From the NCBI RefSeq assembly GCF_018350175.1, contig NC_058368.1, positions 43,774,001-43,838,000 on the forward strand: 64,000 bases of DNA, given 5' to 3'. How positions within the stretch are numbered: the first letter of the stretch is position 1; each line of letters begins with the position of its first letter. This document shows, in pieces, positions 1-14,253 of the stretch. A model generated the notes under the pieces. The model made no database searches. It had not been told where the DNA came from and was given only the letters and a program-made list of their open reading frames with translations. Origin of the DNA: Felis catus (Eukaryota). The translations under genes were made by a program, and so were the position numbers.

Positions 1-85
1 AAAGATCTATGAACACAGGTATAAAGTGATTTATTTGGGAAGTTTAAATACAAAAACAGACATTTTTCTGATTAATATTGTGGGG

Positions 86-294
86 TTTCTTAAATTTTAT
101 TTATTTTGAGAGAGAGAGAGAGAGAGAATGAGTGGGGGAGGGGTAGAGACGGAGGGAGAGGGAGAATCCCAAGCAAGCTCCATGCTGTTAGCGCAGAGCC
201 TGAAGCTAGGCCAGATACCACTAACCATGAGATCATTACCTGACCCAAAATCAAGAGTCCAGAAGCTTAATCAACTGGGCAACCCAGGCACCCC
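86..294 (-). mobile_element. Carnivore tRNA-derived SINE (Can-SINE/SINEC)
   Basis: Reverse complement of the GGGGTGCCTGGGT head ends at 294; (AG)n tract and T-rich tail; TSD AATATTGTG at 74-82 and 295-303. Confidence 0.93.
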
Positions 295-1292
295 AATATT
301 GTGTTTTGAATAGATGGTTTTGCATAAAAAATCACATATGTCTTTTGAATCACAAATGCAATGCTGGAAGCTATGTAACTACGTATATTTTTTTAAGAGC
401 ATAATGTTAAGTGTGTATCATAGCCCTTCTGTAAGCGTTTGTTTTATAAATTATCAGATTGTATACATCTTATTTTCAAATATTAAATAACAACTTTGTT
501 TAAAACCAGGGTAAAAGGCATATGATCTTTAACTTCTACTGTAAATATGTGAAATACAGGGAAAATGAATTTCATGGAGTACAAAGTCAACAATCCTTGG
601 GATTTCAGAAATAACAAATGGTAACTTGGTTGTGGTTTGCTTTGTGGAAAAATGGCTTGTCATTCAAATTGTTGCAAAATGTTTTAAATGATAGACTCTT
701 TAGACTTAGAGTTCCCTAAAGAGTAAACTGAATATTTTTTCTCTAACAATAGCTCAGTAGATAGAAAAGTTGTGTTTTTTTCAATTAATCATATCTGTGC
801 AACTAACTTCCTAGGAATGCCTCTTTCCTCTCTATTTACTTGATACAAGAATGGTTGTTTATGGAAGAGGGTAATTTGGATCAGTGGGAGTAGCTAAAGA
901 TCCATCCAAAAACATTGGTGTTTGGGAATACTTGCAAAGCCTTTACCAAGTGAGAGTTTTAAGTAACTTTATTTCCCCTGGGATTCCACAAGGAAGGAGC
1001 AGTGAGAACAGAATTTTTGTTGAAAGTCTCATGTGTTTAGATATACAATGAAGATTGTCCTATAGAGAGACTGGTTAAATACAACTTATTCTCCCATTAT
1101 TTGATTGTTGGAGCTGTGTTTTCTTCTTTGCCCTCAATTTCTTTCTCTCCTTATGTTTCTCTCTCTCCTTCATTCACTTTCTTCTTTGCCTCTTGCTTAT
1201 TCTATGTTAGTATCACCTTCATACATTCACACTGTTCATTTTACATATTAGGTGAATATTTGTATATCAACAGATTAGTCAGTAGTGTAAAG

Positions 1293-2121
1293 AATGAAAA
1301 AATGCTCAACATCACTCATCATCAGGGAAATGCAAATCAAAACTACAATGAGATACCACTCTGAAGCTGTTAGAATGGCTAAAATCAACAACACAAGAAA
1401 CAAGGATGGCAAGGATGTGGAGAAAGGGGAACCCTCTTGCACAGTCGGTAGTCATGCAAACTGGTGCAGCCGCCACTCTGGAAAACAGTATGGAGGTTCC
1501 TCGGAAAGTTAAAAATAGAATTGCCCTGTAATCCAACAACTGTATTACTAGGCATTTACCCAAAGGATACAAAAATACTAATTCAAAGGGATACATGCAC
1601 CCCGATCTTTATAGCAGCGTTATCTACAATAGCCAAAATATAGAAACAGACCAAGTATCCATTGACTAATGAATGGTTAAAGATGTAGTTTATATATACA
1701 ATGGAATATTGTTCAGCCACAAAAAGAATGAAATCTTGCCTTTTGTAATGACATGAATGGAGCTGGAGAGTATTATGCTAAGTGAAATAAATAAGACAAA
1801 GACAAATACCAAATTATTTCACTCATATGTGGAATTCAAGGAACAAAACATACAAGCAAAGGGAAAAAAAGAGAGAGGTTGGGAGGGAAATGGGGGGGTG
1901 GCAACAAAAAACACACTCTTAACTATAGAGAATAAACTGATGGTTAATGGAGGGGTGGTGGGTGGAAGGAATGGATGAAATAGGTGACAGGTATTAAGGA
2001 GTGCATTTGTTATGATGAGCACCAGGTGATTATGGAAGTGTTGAATCACTTTATTGTATACCTGAAACTAATGTTACACTGTATGTTAACTAACTTTAAT
2101 TTAAATAAAAACTTTAAAAGT
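1293..2121 (+). mobile_element. 5'-truncated LINE-1 (ORF2 C-terminus + 3'UTR), carnivore type
   Basis: ORF2 motifs [22 protein letters not shown] and MELESIMLSEI; A-rich tail; TSD TAGTGTAAAG at 1283-1292 and 2122-2131. Confidence 0.93.
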
Positions 2122-2965
2122 TAGTGTAAAGGAAAAAAATTAGTATTAGATTCTCAAGATAAGCTCAAGATTGCCTCCATCTAAGCAAAAGTTTATCATA
2201 ATTTGTGTATGTGTGTGTGTTTTTAACATAGTGGACATCACTAAATTCAATTCCTTCCCTTTATCCTCCAAAGATCTAGAGTAGCTGTATGATCAAACAA
2301 TGATGACATTACCTTTCAAAAAATACCAGTAAATATAGCTCTAGGTACGTTTAAATATTATAAAAATCATGGTGTAGAATGTTTTAATAAATTATTGATG
2401 TATAATTAATATGTAGTTGTATTAAATTCTATAATTAAACATTTTGTAATGTTTCTGTGTTGTCTTATGAACTTTAAACTTAAGAACTTACAAGAAATAT
2501 TTACAAATATGATTGTAGACTTCAGCCCATACCTCATTTTCAGACAAGGCCTTTATCTGTTTATTTTTCCCTTTGTTAGTATCATCTGATTTCACTTCTG
2601 TAGAATATTTCTTATCACTACATCTCTTTTTTAATAAATTTAAGATATAACTACATTTTAATGTTAAAGATTAGATATTTAATTATAGTCATAATTTCAA
2701 AATAAAGGGTTCATACACTAGCAAGAGTAATTGTTTAAGTCGAATAAAGTTACATATTCCAAAATTAATTAATTTGTACTTATAATGTAATACTTGGAAA
2801 AACAAATATATAACTATAAATGTTATTGTTTTTAAAGTAACTTGTATTTTGGAGATAGAAATAAACCTCTTTTTTTATATCTCACTTCTATGGCATTTCT
2901 AGAAAAAAGAAGTTAGTATTCTTCTATAAACAAGGGAACATATACATAGAAACCTTTCCCTACTT

Positions 2966-3478
2966 GCTGACAAAGGGTGACAGGATATGCTACCCCAACA
3001 GATGTCACTTTGACATAAACATTATTTTGAGTAAAAAGCACTCAAAAACAGTGAATGTGAGAAAAACACTATCCTTCCTTCTTTTTCTTAAAAGCAAGAG
3101 ATGAAATGCCCATGTGAAAAATGTCCTCCCTTTTCAGAAGAAAGTAACATTCTTATCTAGAACAAGAAGCTGAGACAGAGAGAATTATGTATAAATAATT
3201 CTATATAAACAGAACTTTTCAAAATAATTCTTATCTTCCTTTATCCTCTCTACATAGATAATTACCCTTCCCTAATTTCTCTTTGTTCAGCCTACTATAA
3301 AAGCATATAGGTTCCGCCATTCCTTTGGGTCTTCATTCTTTGTGAGAACTCTGTCATGTAAAAGTTATAGAAATTTGTATGCATTTCTCCTGTTAATCTG
3401 TCTTATGTCAATTTAACTCTCAAGCCCAGCTGGAAAACTCTAAGAGAGTGAAGGTACAATTTTGCCTTTACCACCCTA
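2966..3478 (+). mobile_element. Solo LTR, ERV1 class, MER34-like
   Basis: Start GGATATGCTACCCCAA...CACTTTGACATAAACATTATTTTGAG and end TCTCCTGTTAATCTGTCTTATGTCAATTTAA resemble the recalled MER34 consensus; TATAAAA near 3296. Confidence 0.7.
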
Positions 3479-3746
3479 AACTCTTATTTTGTTAATTATA
3501 TATTAGTTTTTTCTTATATCAGTATTTTCTAGTTTCTTTAAAAATCTTCCAGGATTGGGGAAAATGGTATCTAACTGAAGTTCACATTAAGCTGACAAGT
3601 TGAAAAAAAAATAGTATTTTATATCACCATGTTTATAGAATATCTATGAAAAATTAACCAAAAAAATCCTCAAAATGTGTATGCACATATTGTTAAAATA
3701 TTTAAGCCTTGTAAATCTTTATAAAATATTGTCCTCACCCTTGTGA

Positions 3747-3835
3747 AGGGGGACTGGATCTCAAGAACTGTGAGATCATGACCTGAGCCAAATCAAGAAT
3801 TAGCTGTTTAACCAACTGAGCCACACAGGAGCCCC
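3747..3835 (-). mobile_element. Partial Can-SINE (tRNA-like head only)
   Basis: GTGAGATCATGACCTGAGCC...TTAACCAACTGAGCCACACAGGAGCCCC; no (CT)n tract or tail. Confidence 0.85.
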
Positions 3836-5164
3836 AGAAGAGGACAACATTTTTAAGGGTTAGGAGACTATGATGTTGTATTTAAATAGTTTGATGCAAG
3901 GTAAATTTGAGACCTCAAATAGAAGCAATCATCTATAGACTTGTATACACAAATATGCAACTCACTGAAGGGATTTTGAATGTCTAGACCAGAAATATAT
4001 TTTCTTTGGGCATGGTTTAGAATACCTAGGGAGAGAATATAGAGTAAGAAAAGGAAAAGACATTTGACAAGTGATGACTCATTGCTATGACAGAAAATGT
4101 TGATATTAAGGATTCAGTCTTATCTTGGGACTAGAAAACAATTAATTTATCCTCTGGGGTTGTTGCATGTTTAATATAAATATAGAGACAAGCAAAGACT
4201 TAAAGAAATTGGACTATACATGATGCAAAGGCTTGTGCAGGAAATTTAAATTGTCACCTATGCTATAATTTCTTCCCATTTTCAGTAAACACTCAAAAAG
4301 TCTCATAGTAAATGTTACAATGAGAGACATTAGAGGAAGGATTGTGCCCTTACAGTGAACCCAGAGTGATGGTAGGAGGGTCAGTCACCAGGGAGAGGCA
4401 AGTCTGCCCAAGAAACAATGATGTTGTCAGGATTAGTAGCCACAAGTAGGCAGATGACTGGTTCATTGAAATTGTGAGTTTAATTTCATTGAGAGATCAT
4501 ATTTTTTTTGGCAGCACTTTGCTTTTCTTCAACACAGAAAACAACTTTTAGTCATGCATGGTATCTAAGTGAATTTATGCTTTTTTTTCCATTAGTTATA
4601 TCTTGTTAATTATTTAGAAGTTCAGAGGGATCCCTGAGAATGGCCTGTTTTGAAGACTGCCATAAGTAGGAATCCGAGTCCCATATACTCAGCAGGATTC
4701 TCTCCTGCCCTGGAGACATTTGCTAGCAGAATCCCATAGCTCTGTACACTTCTGGTGAGATACTCCATACTTTTCTTCCTGCAACACTCACATTCTTTAT
4801 ACTAGTATCTGCTGTGGTTAACAAAAGACTAATGTAGCCATGTCCTTTATTATGGGTTTGTGTCAGCTTATTACAAACTTCCCTAGAAAACCTTAATCAA
4901 TATGAACCCTTGACCAAATTTAGTCACTTTCATGAGCCTATGTCCTCATTTAAAAATATTTCCCAAGTAATATTATTAGAAGGATTACAGTGATCATTGC
5001 AAATGATCTACTCCTAGGCTATTTTTTTCTCATAGAAAGTTATTAAAATGCTCCTATAATGTTGACATGACTGTAATATTTCAGGATGTGTCTGTGTGTT
5101 GCATGTATGTGTTGAATCTGTGCGGTTGTTGAATAAATCTTTTTTTATTTTTAAATTAACTGAC

Positions 5165-5285
5165 GTGAATCCCAGTTCTACCACATACCAGCTGCGTGAC
5201 CTAAACCTACTCTGCTTCAATTCTCATCTGCAAAATGGAGGTGAAATGTGCCCATCCCAATGATTATTGGTAGAGATTAAGGTGC
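5165..5285 (+). mobile_element. MIR fragment
   Basis: GAATCCCAGTTCTACCAC...GCTGCGTGACC...CTCATCTGCAAAATGG matches the MIR core. Confidence 0.75.
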
Positions 5286-6639
5286 TAAGTTAATGTACCA
5301 ATGAGGAGGGAAAAACAACTATTCAAATGTATGAGAAGGACAAAAAAAACTCACAAGGGATACTTCAGTACCGTAGGACCAGTGATAGGGGAGATGTTGC
5401 CACTCCAAATGTGAAAAGACTGGGGAATGCACAGTTCCTACAGTAACTTCTATAGAGACAATTGTATAGATAAGCAGCCTTGAGAAGATCTGCAAATTAC
5501 AGGACCCAACCAGTCCAAATTCATCGCACTAAAATGAAGCTAGCGAAACATATACTCTCCCCTTGCTCCTTCACTCCTTTTTATATTGTGCCATATTTTC
5601 CCATTCGTTAAATCCTATTAGAAACCAAATATAAGTAAGCCCACAGGTACGGTCCAAGCAGTTCAGGTTCCCAAAGGTTGAAAAGACATTGGAGAATTGA
5701 TCTGAAGCATTTACATGATAACTGGCATAAAAGCATTGAGAGTCAAGTCTGATATATAGTAAGTAATGTAAGTGTTAGCCATTGTTTGCAACTGCCTAAA
5801 CTAAAATTATAGACTTTTATAAGTGCTCTATCATTCTTCACTCTGTCTCTAACTGGACAGAAACATTCAGAGTACACATGATTAACTGCATTATAACATT
5901 TCACAACCAGCTTTGATAACAGTATGGATTCCAAATGAAATAATTTTCCCCTAGATGCTGCTAATTTAAAGATAATTAGCAATAAAAATGATGTAAGATT
6001 TCATTTGTGAGAAAGTCTAAACATTTTCAATTCAAAGAAAATGAGAATTTATCGAATTTCCATTTTTCCCTTCAGAAGTTATTAGTTGAAATATTTAGTA
6101 TCATTGCATGTATAGAGAAATAACAAAATAAAATCAAACTGTCTATGCATTTAGTATTTTCTCACTAATTAACTATGACAGTGCTTTTAGTTTAGAAGCT
6201 TTTGTTAGCTGTAAATCCAATATTTCAGATAATAGAAAAAGAATAGATCTTCAGTTAGGGAAATGGATATATTTCTAGGAATTTTTCAAAATGAAAATTT
6301 ACTTATGTTGTTTTATTCAGAATGACAATTAACTATGATTTTTGCAACTGGCTGAGATAGTAATTTGGATTCTAAATGACATATTTTAATATCAAGATAA
6401 GTAGTTTAATATAATTAGTATAAAATTACTTCTAGTTTTCACCATTGATGGATTGAAAATATAATAGCACAGGCAGTTATATTAGGTTCTCAAGCCAAAC
6501 AACAAGCACTAACATAGAAATTACCAGTAGGAGAAATGTTAATTTATATTTTTCTGAGTAAAGATTAACTTTTTAAATTCATTTTTATTATTTTATTTTA
6601 GTGCATAAGAATGTATTCCCTAGAACTTTATGTGGATAT

Positions 6640-7670
6640 TATGTGCTTTACTTGTATATATTTAAGAGGCATCAGATCACAGGTGGCATTTACATCAATA
6701 GAAAGTGTAGAGAGAAAAAAATGTGAACTTAAAGTACAGAGCCCTGAGAAATACCAGCCTTTAGAGATTAGGTAATGAAGGAGTCACAACTGAAATATTC
6801 TGAGAAGGCTGGACTGTTTATGTATAGATAGCAAGCAGTGAACTACACATAAGAGTATTGTCAGAGTTGCCAAGAGATGAAGGTTGTTCTTAAAAGGTGG
6901 TGTGATGAACCACATTAAATAACATTGACAGTATGCGTAAGAGATAACAGAGAGGGCCCATTGATTTTAAAAACTGGAGATTGTTGGGGCGCCTGGGTGG
7001 CTCAGTCGGTTAAGCGTCCGACTTCAGCTCAGGTCACGATCTCGCAGTCCTTGAGTTCGAGCCCCGCGTCGGGCTCTGGGCTGATGGCTCAGAGTCTGGA
7101 GCCCATTTCCCATTCTGTGTCTCCCTCTCTCTCTGCCCCTCCCCCGTTCATGCTCTGTCTCTCTCTGTCCCAAAAATAAATAAAAGTTAAAAAAAAATTA
7201 AAAAAAAAAAACCTGGAGATTGTTGGTGACATTCATAAAAAGAGCTTTAGTGGATTAATGGGCATGAAAGCAGATTATATTGTTTTGTAGGATGATTTGG
7301 AGTTTGGAAGAAAGAAACAGCACAACAAATTATCACAGAATAAAAAAATAAGTTGTAGCTATGCAGAGATGTAGAGCATCTGAGGCTTAAGAGAATTTTG
7401 TTTTGTTCCACTTATATCATTATACCAATGGGGATGACACAATAGAAAAGGAAAACATATGATACAGAGCATGCAAAAAGGAACAGAGCCAAGTCTTTCA
7501 GAGACCAAGAGGGTGAGTTCCTGAGCATAACTATTGGGTATTTCCCTTGTAAAGGAAAGAGATAACTTCCTCCCTTGAAATAGGGCAGAGAAGATAAGAA
7601 GTATATTCAGCAGATTCTTAAGCTTGTTGGAAAGATGATGAGAATGGCCTGTTAATACTAATTTATCAAT
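6640..7670 (-). mobile_element. Degraded L2 LINE fragment interrupted by a SINE
   Basis: Purine-rich L2-antisense-like text (ACAGAGCCCTGAGAAATACCAGCCTTTAGAG; CCATTGATTT...GGAGATTGTTGGTGAC) continues across the SINE. Confidence 0.55.
6986..7208 (+). mobile_element. Felid SINE (SINEC_Fc-type)
   Basis: GGGGCGCCTGGGTGGCTCAGTCGGTTAAGCGTCCGACTTC head, (CT)n, A tail; TSD AAAACTGGAGATTGTT (6970-6985) vs AAACCTGGAGATTGTT (7209-7224). Confidence 0.97.
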
Positions 7671-8534
7671 AATTTTTAAATATTAAAAACAACTTAATTA
7701 AAATTTTAGAGGTTCAAAGAAAGTAAGTATAAAATTGTCTTGCTCAGATGTGAAAAATGGAGGCTAGATTTAATTGATTGAATACATATGAGAGTCAATT
7801 TAAGTTTCAAAATCATGTATTTACACAAAAATCAGTCTGCTAAAATGGAATTTTTCAATAACTGAACAATAAATAACTCATTCACTGAAAAAACTCAAGA
7901 AGATAATATCAGGAGTAATTTGATTTTAAGACTTTCAGGTTATAAACCTATGGGTGCCAGACTGAACTAAGAATGTGCTTACAGATAGAAAAATATATAA
8001 TGGGTCAATGGAGAAATAGGTATGTTTGGAAAGTACACTCGTGATCATTTGAGCAAGTGGAAATATATTAGTAGATGGTAAAACATTGGATATTCTAAGT
8101 TTGCTGTTTTAGAGATATTCAAGTTACTGGTAAAGACGAAGGTGTGCTTAAGAGATGTGTTGGCTCACGGATGTCAGAAGGTAGTAGCTCCTATAAAACA
8201 GGTTCAAGGATCAGAGGGCAATTAAGATCCTGTTTATACAAAGTACTCTATTGTGCTTTAAGTGATTTGAAAAGGAGAATGTTATAAAAATCAGCTATTG
8301 GCAATCCATTCCAGAGGAATACATGGTTTTTCTTCTAGTCTGTCTATTACTTCTTTGGTAGAATGATTCATTATTTCAAATTATTTACTTTCCTCCTTGC
8401 CAAATGATTTTGCGGTGAAGAGAATTAGACTTAGCTCTGGACTCAATCATCTGGTTTATTTTGGTTAGTGGAATATTAAAGCAGAGACTTTAAATGTGCA
8501 TTCACATTTTGGCTTGCTCTCTTTTGTACTCCTG

Positions 8535-8700
8535 CTTTAACCATGTGAAACTGAACAAGTGTCTTTAATTTCTCTGTGCCTCAGTATTCTCAGTCAAAAA
8601 ATAGAACTAATAATATCAGATTCACAAGATTCTTGTGAATTTTTAAAAATATGTGTAAAAGAAAGTTATCAGTGAATTTGATAGTGGTCATGATACTTAT
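8535..8700 (+). mobile_element. MIR fragment
   Basis: AACAAGTG...TTTCTCTGTGCCTCAGTATTCTC...AAAATAGAACTAATAAT core. Confidence 0.6.
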
Positions 8701-9261
8701 TATCTTGATAATTGAAGAAAATAATAAACCAACCAGAAGACTCCGTTCCTCATTGTTTACAGAGGTGATATATTTACATACAACTTTCAATTTAAGTGAT
8801 ATTTTACCTTTCTACTGATTAGCCAAAAGGAAAATATCTGTCTAAATTTAGGATAGAACAAATTATTCAGCATATCAGTCTGTTCCACAGATTAATTAAG
8901 CCAATGTGTCAAATAGGTTAGAGTATTTCTGACTGATCCTTCTGCATGAAGTCTCTCAGGGATTGATACTATCAACACACAATTGTCCAAGTCAGAAATC
9001 TGGGAGTTATATTTGACTTTTCTCTGTCTTATACCAACTGCAAATTACTGAAGTCCCCTTCCCAGCGCCCTTTCATTCTTTTTGAACACTCTCATTTTCC
9101 TCATCAGGATTTTAGAAGTGGCCTCTTAATAGTTTCCTAGGCACCCATTGTTCTTCTGTCCTAAATCCTTTTTTAATTTTAGCTCTTGCAGTCCAATCCT
9201 ATCATGATAACTGACATATAGTAATATGTAGGTAATCCATTAAAACAATTATTTAATCATT

Positions 9262-10767
9262 TGATGAACAGAATAGAAACCCCAGAAATAAACTCATGTG
9301 TATATGGTCAATTAATTTTTGACAAAGAAGCCAGGGATATATTATGGGGGAAAGGATAGTATTCCCTTCAATAAGTGGTGTTGGAAAAACTAGATAGCTA
9401 CCTGCAAAAGATCCCTATCTTACACCATACATAAAAAATCAACTCAAATGTATTAAATTCTTGAATAAGACCCAAAGCCATTAAAGTCTCAGGAGACAAT
9501 ATAAAGTGTAAGCTCCTTAACATTGGTCTTGGCAATATATTTTGTATTTGACATCAAAGGTAAAGGCAACAAAGGCAAAAATAAACAGGTGAGCATACAT
9601 CAAACTTAAAAGCTTCTGCACAGCAAAGTAAACAATCAACAAAATTAAAAGGCAACTTACAGAATGGGAAAAATATATTCATAAGCTATATATCTGATGA
9701 GGGGTTAATATCTAAAATATTCAAGGAAGTCATACAATTCAACACCTAAAAAATAAACAATCTAATTAAAAAATGGACAGAGGAAATGAATAGACATTTT
9801 TTTCCAAAGAAGACATACAGATGGTCAACAGGTACATAAAAAGGTGCTCAACATCACTAATAATCAGGCAAATACAAATAAAAACTACAATGAGATATCA
9901 CCTCCCACCTGTTATTATGCGTATTATAAGAAAGACGAGATAAATGCTGGTAAGGATGTGGAGAAAAGACAATTTGTGTATACACTGTTGATGGGAATTG
10001 GTACAGCCACAATGAAAAATAGTACACAGATATTTCAGAAAGTGTAAAAAACTACCATATGATCCAATAATCATATTTTGTGGGTCGTATATGAGGAAGA
10101 TGAAATCACTATCTTGAATAGCTATCTGCACTGTCAGATTTATTGCATCATTATTTACAATAGCTAAGAAATGGAAGCAACCTAAGTTTCCACTGGTGGA
10201 TGAGTGGATAAAGATAGATGTTACATAGATGATGGGGGCGGGCGGGGGGGGAGATAAAACAGTACTATTCAGCCTTAAAAAGGAAGGAAATCCTGCCATT
10301 GTGACAATATGGATGAATCTGGAGGGCATTATGCTAAGACAAATACTGCATGGTATCACTTATATGTGGAATAAAAAGAAAGGGGGGAAAGTCATGCTCA
10401 CAGAAGGAGAGCAGAATAGTGATTGCCAGGGGCTGGGGTTACGAGGGGGAAATAGGGAAAAATTGGTAAAAGGGTACAAACTCTTAGTTATAAGATGTAT
10501 AGGGTCTGAGGATCTAATGTATAACATAGTGACCATAGCTGATAATACTGTATTTTAGAGTTGAAGTTTGCTAAGAGAGTAGAACTGAAGTGATTGCATT
10601 AAAAAAAAAGTTAAATATGTGATGTGATGGATGCATTGAATAACTCAATTATCGAATACATAATATATGGAATACATATATATGGAATACATATATTTAA
10701 TCACCATGTTTTACAAACTATATTATAATTTTTATTTATCAATTATACTTCAATAAAGCTGAAAAAA
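9262..10767 (+). mobile_element. Older LINE-1 3' portion (L1MA/L1MB-like), ORF2 3' region + 3'UTR
   Basis: AACAGAATAGAAACCCCAGAAATAAAC, AAAAGCTTCTGCACAGCAAA, TIWMNLEGIML motif; ends CAATAAAGCTGAAAAAA. Confidence 0.9.
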
Positions 10768-13700
10768 TAGGGCAACTGTAAGTTTCATGGTGATATCACT
10801 GCTATTCTTTCCTTCTCATGGTAATTTTCAATACCCCAAGCCGGGGTAATGATCCATAACCTAATCTAAGCCAATCATAATTTCTTAGTGACTAAACTAA
10901 GGAATGTGTTAGTGACTATAAGTTTTAACCGTGTAGAAAGTTTCCCGAGATTTTCTGAATCCGAAATGGAAAACTATTTACTTTTTAACTTCTTCCTTAT
11001 TTCCTTCTTCTCTCAAATAAGACATGTTATGTTGTATGTAAACTTGAAGATTCCAGCAGTTTTATTTCCACCTTAAGCCATAGAGCAGATGGAAGTGGAG
11101 AAGAAAAATAAAGATGGTACTTGAGACTTTGATTCAAAACATTCAGAACCCAATGACATTGTGCCTACCTTGGATTACCTTGGATTCTGACCATGTTCTT
11201 AGAATAGTAAAGGCTATAGACACAGGAAGATGTTGACTACTTCTTACAGCAGATAAGATGTGATAATAATAAGAAAAGAGTATTTGTTGAACTTGGCTCC
11301 TTGGTACAAAAAAAATGATATAACTTTGTTAGGAGAGGACTTTCTGAATATAACCTGTGATCCAAAACCCTGTGATCAAGAAACCAAGTACTATGCCACT
11401 TTGCAAAAGAAAAATTCTGTCCCTTACTAAAGGTATTATACAAACTAGTACCGAGCATAGTCTAAAATAAACAGAAAAATGGAGGGTTTTTTGGTGCTAA
11501 TCCAGGTCCCTGTTATGTTCTCTAGTTTGGCATCCTATTCCTGATGTTATCCATCATAAAGAAAAATCATATAGGACATAATCTGAGCCAAAATTAGTAT
11601 CTATAAAGGGGTGAGTAAGACAGAAGGACATAAAATGAAGGCTAATATAACTCTAGTAAAGTTCTCACTGCTGAGGGTAATGAAAAATGATTTCTAAGGA
11701 CCAGGTCATTATTCAAAGGAAAAACGAAAAAGGACCTAAGAAATAAGATTCTGAAATTGGTACTAGTGAAGAGAGTCCTCATTTCTGAAATGAAAGAACA
11801 GCTAAGTGTGTGAAGACAACTGCTGGAAATATCTCAAAGAGCTGGTGATTTTTGTACTGCTAAAGTAATTTTATACTGTTGTAAAGAGACTGACTTTTAC
11901 AGAGTTCTCCCATAGTCCCTAATATCAGGTATCACCATGGAGAGCTATGGACAACAACAACAAAAAATCTCTTGTAAGTATAATCAGGGTCAGTCAGATT
12001 TGCAATCTTAAGGATTCTACTCCACTACCAATGAAGCATCTGTGTTCTTGGACTATAGTCTTCATTACCATAGATTGGCTCAGTGTCTGTTATTTGATGC
12101 TTGTCAATTAAAAAAAATTAAGGAAGAACTTTTTCGTTATTAGGTAATTTTCCTTCACCATTGTATTTTTTGGTTTGTTTAACCTGAAAGATACATATCA
12201 TGAGAAAGTACATCAGAAATTGAGAAAAAATGGCGTCAGCTTGAGATCTTGGAAACTAGGGAGTAATGACTCCTGACATGGCTTTGAATTTTGTAGCTGA
12301 ATATGAAATTAGCTGTCCCCTGTTGGAAAATCTGTCATTTGCATAAGTGTATCTGATTAATTTATAATACTAAGAAGTGAACGTTTTGAATTGCAAATAC
12401 GGAGACTAGCTCATATGTGAGAAGTATGCAAGTACTTGTACCCAAGATTGGCAACCAATGTGTGTGTGGAAGGGGGAAAGGGGAACACTGTTGCTCAAGA
12501 TAAATTAGCATGCTTAGCATATTCACAGTGATTTTCCCTAGGGACAATGCATGTGCAATTCTATACTTGTTTATCTCTATGTATCTATCTACCAATATAT
12601 CCTCGCCTCTGGTAGTATGGTAGATGCTCATTATTTTCTTGACGACTGACTAAATAGATCCTGTTTTATTTGCCTACTATACCCTTGTAACACTGATTTC
12701 TTATTTGCAGAATTAATTACCATTACTCAAATCTTAGTACAATGTTTTAACACTCTAGAAAGAGCTAACTTTCAGAAATGAACCTAGTTGCTCAATCCCT
12801 TTAGCACCCTCTGTATATCCTTATTTAAAAAAAAAAAAGGTTGGTTTATAGTTAAACCATTGTTTCTTGGGTTCCTGTTTAGCATAAGCTTGGAAAAGAC
12901 AAACTATATATATATTCTCATTTTGTATTTGCAGTTAACACAGAGTCTGTTATAAAAGACATTAAAAAACATGTTATATCATTGGATGAATGCCTACATT
13001 TCCCATAAGTGAAGTGTTTAGTGTCATCCAAAGAGGAACAGATATATAAAGATATAACAATAAACTGATCAAAATTAATTCTATTGCATTTTTTAGCAGA
13101 AGTCACACATAATGTATTGATATTAGTGCTGGCTTAAGAAATGAAATTATTTCTCATGTACATATAGACAAATATAGAGATAATGGAAGTGACAATTTAA
13201 GAAAAACAAATACAAAAATACTTGTATATCTATTTAATTTATTCCAAATATTATTCAGCATATTGATTTATTCCAAAAAATTTACCTCACCTAAATTTAT
13301 TAACTTAAAGGAATTATTATTTCAAGAGTGCAATATTCTAGTGAAAATATTTAGTAAAGTACAGAAAATGCTTTTACTAAAATATTAATTAGTTTTGTTC
13401 TTTGAAATGTAAGAAAGTTCAAAAAATAAAACTATATTTTTCCAAGGGAAGATTACATGAATATAACAAAATACCACCCAAATACATTTATCACTGTAGT
13501 ACTACTACAGATTAGAGATTTAAGGGGAGAAAAAAGTCTTAACTAGTGCCTTTGAAGCTTATTTTCAACAAATCATTCCTCCTGGCATGAATGGATTCTA
13601 ATTAGCTGTGACATGGGTCAACGACTCCAGTGCTTTTATTAATATTTCTCCATATAAATGTAGTCTCTTTATTCTATTCTTAGTATGAAGGTATTAGCTA

Positions 13701-14253
13701 TAAAATATATTCATGAATTTGATGTACTTATTGGAAAAAAATCATTCTTAAGCACATCCAAGAGAGGATTGTTGTATTATCTATTGCCACATTATATATA
13801 GGCACTTTTAATGTTAAAGTCTGCTATTATGATAGGATAATTGTCATGCATTAAATCTGATATACATGCTGATAAAATAAATAACCAAATGTATTAAGCC
13901 ATTTATTAAACAAGCCAGAATATGCATAAATAAAAATATTGCATTTAGAACACTTATTACAAATAGATTCTATATTCTGACAAACACGAAATCACAAAGA
14001 TGAAACAGTCATACCATCACACTAATTACCTAAATAAATAAAATATTCCAATTAAATTTGAGACAAATCCTTTAAAATGTGTGCCTCAACATTTCATACC
14101 TTTAAATTTTAGTATTATTATATTAACCGCATAGAAATACAACTTCGATATAAAACATTTCTTAGGAAGATTTGATTTTTAAAAATAGTGTAGTCACATG
14201 AAAGAGAGTTGCTATAGCTTAAGACCATAACTACATTAAGAAAAATGTATTGA

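Noticed and set aside
4616..4768. ~51-codon minus-strand ATG ORF (MEYLTRSVQSYG...)
   Set aside because: Short, unrecognised, no supporting promoter or polyA context.
6986..7070. tRNA-like A/B boxes in SINE heads
   Set aside because: These are tRNA-derived SINE promoters followed by (CT)n, A tail and TSD, not tRNA genes.
10654..10696. GAATACATATATATG short tandem
   Set aside because: Simple slippage repeat within an L1 3'UTR.
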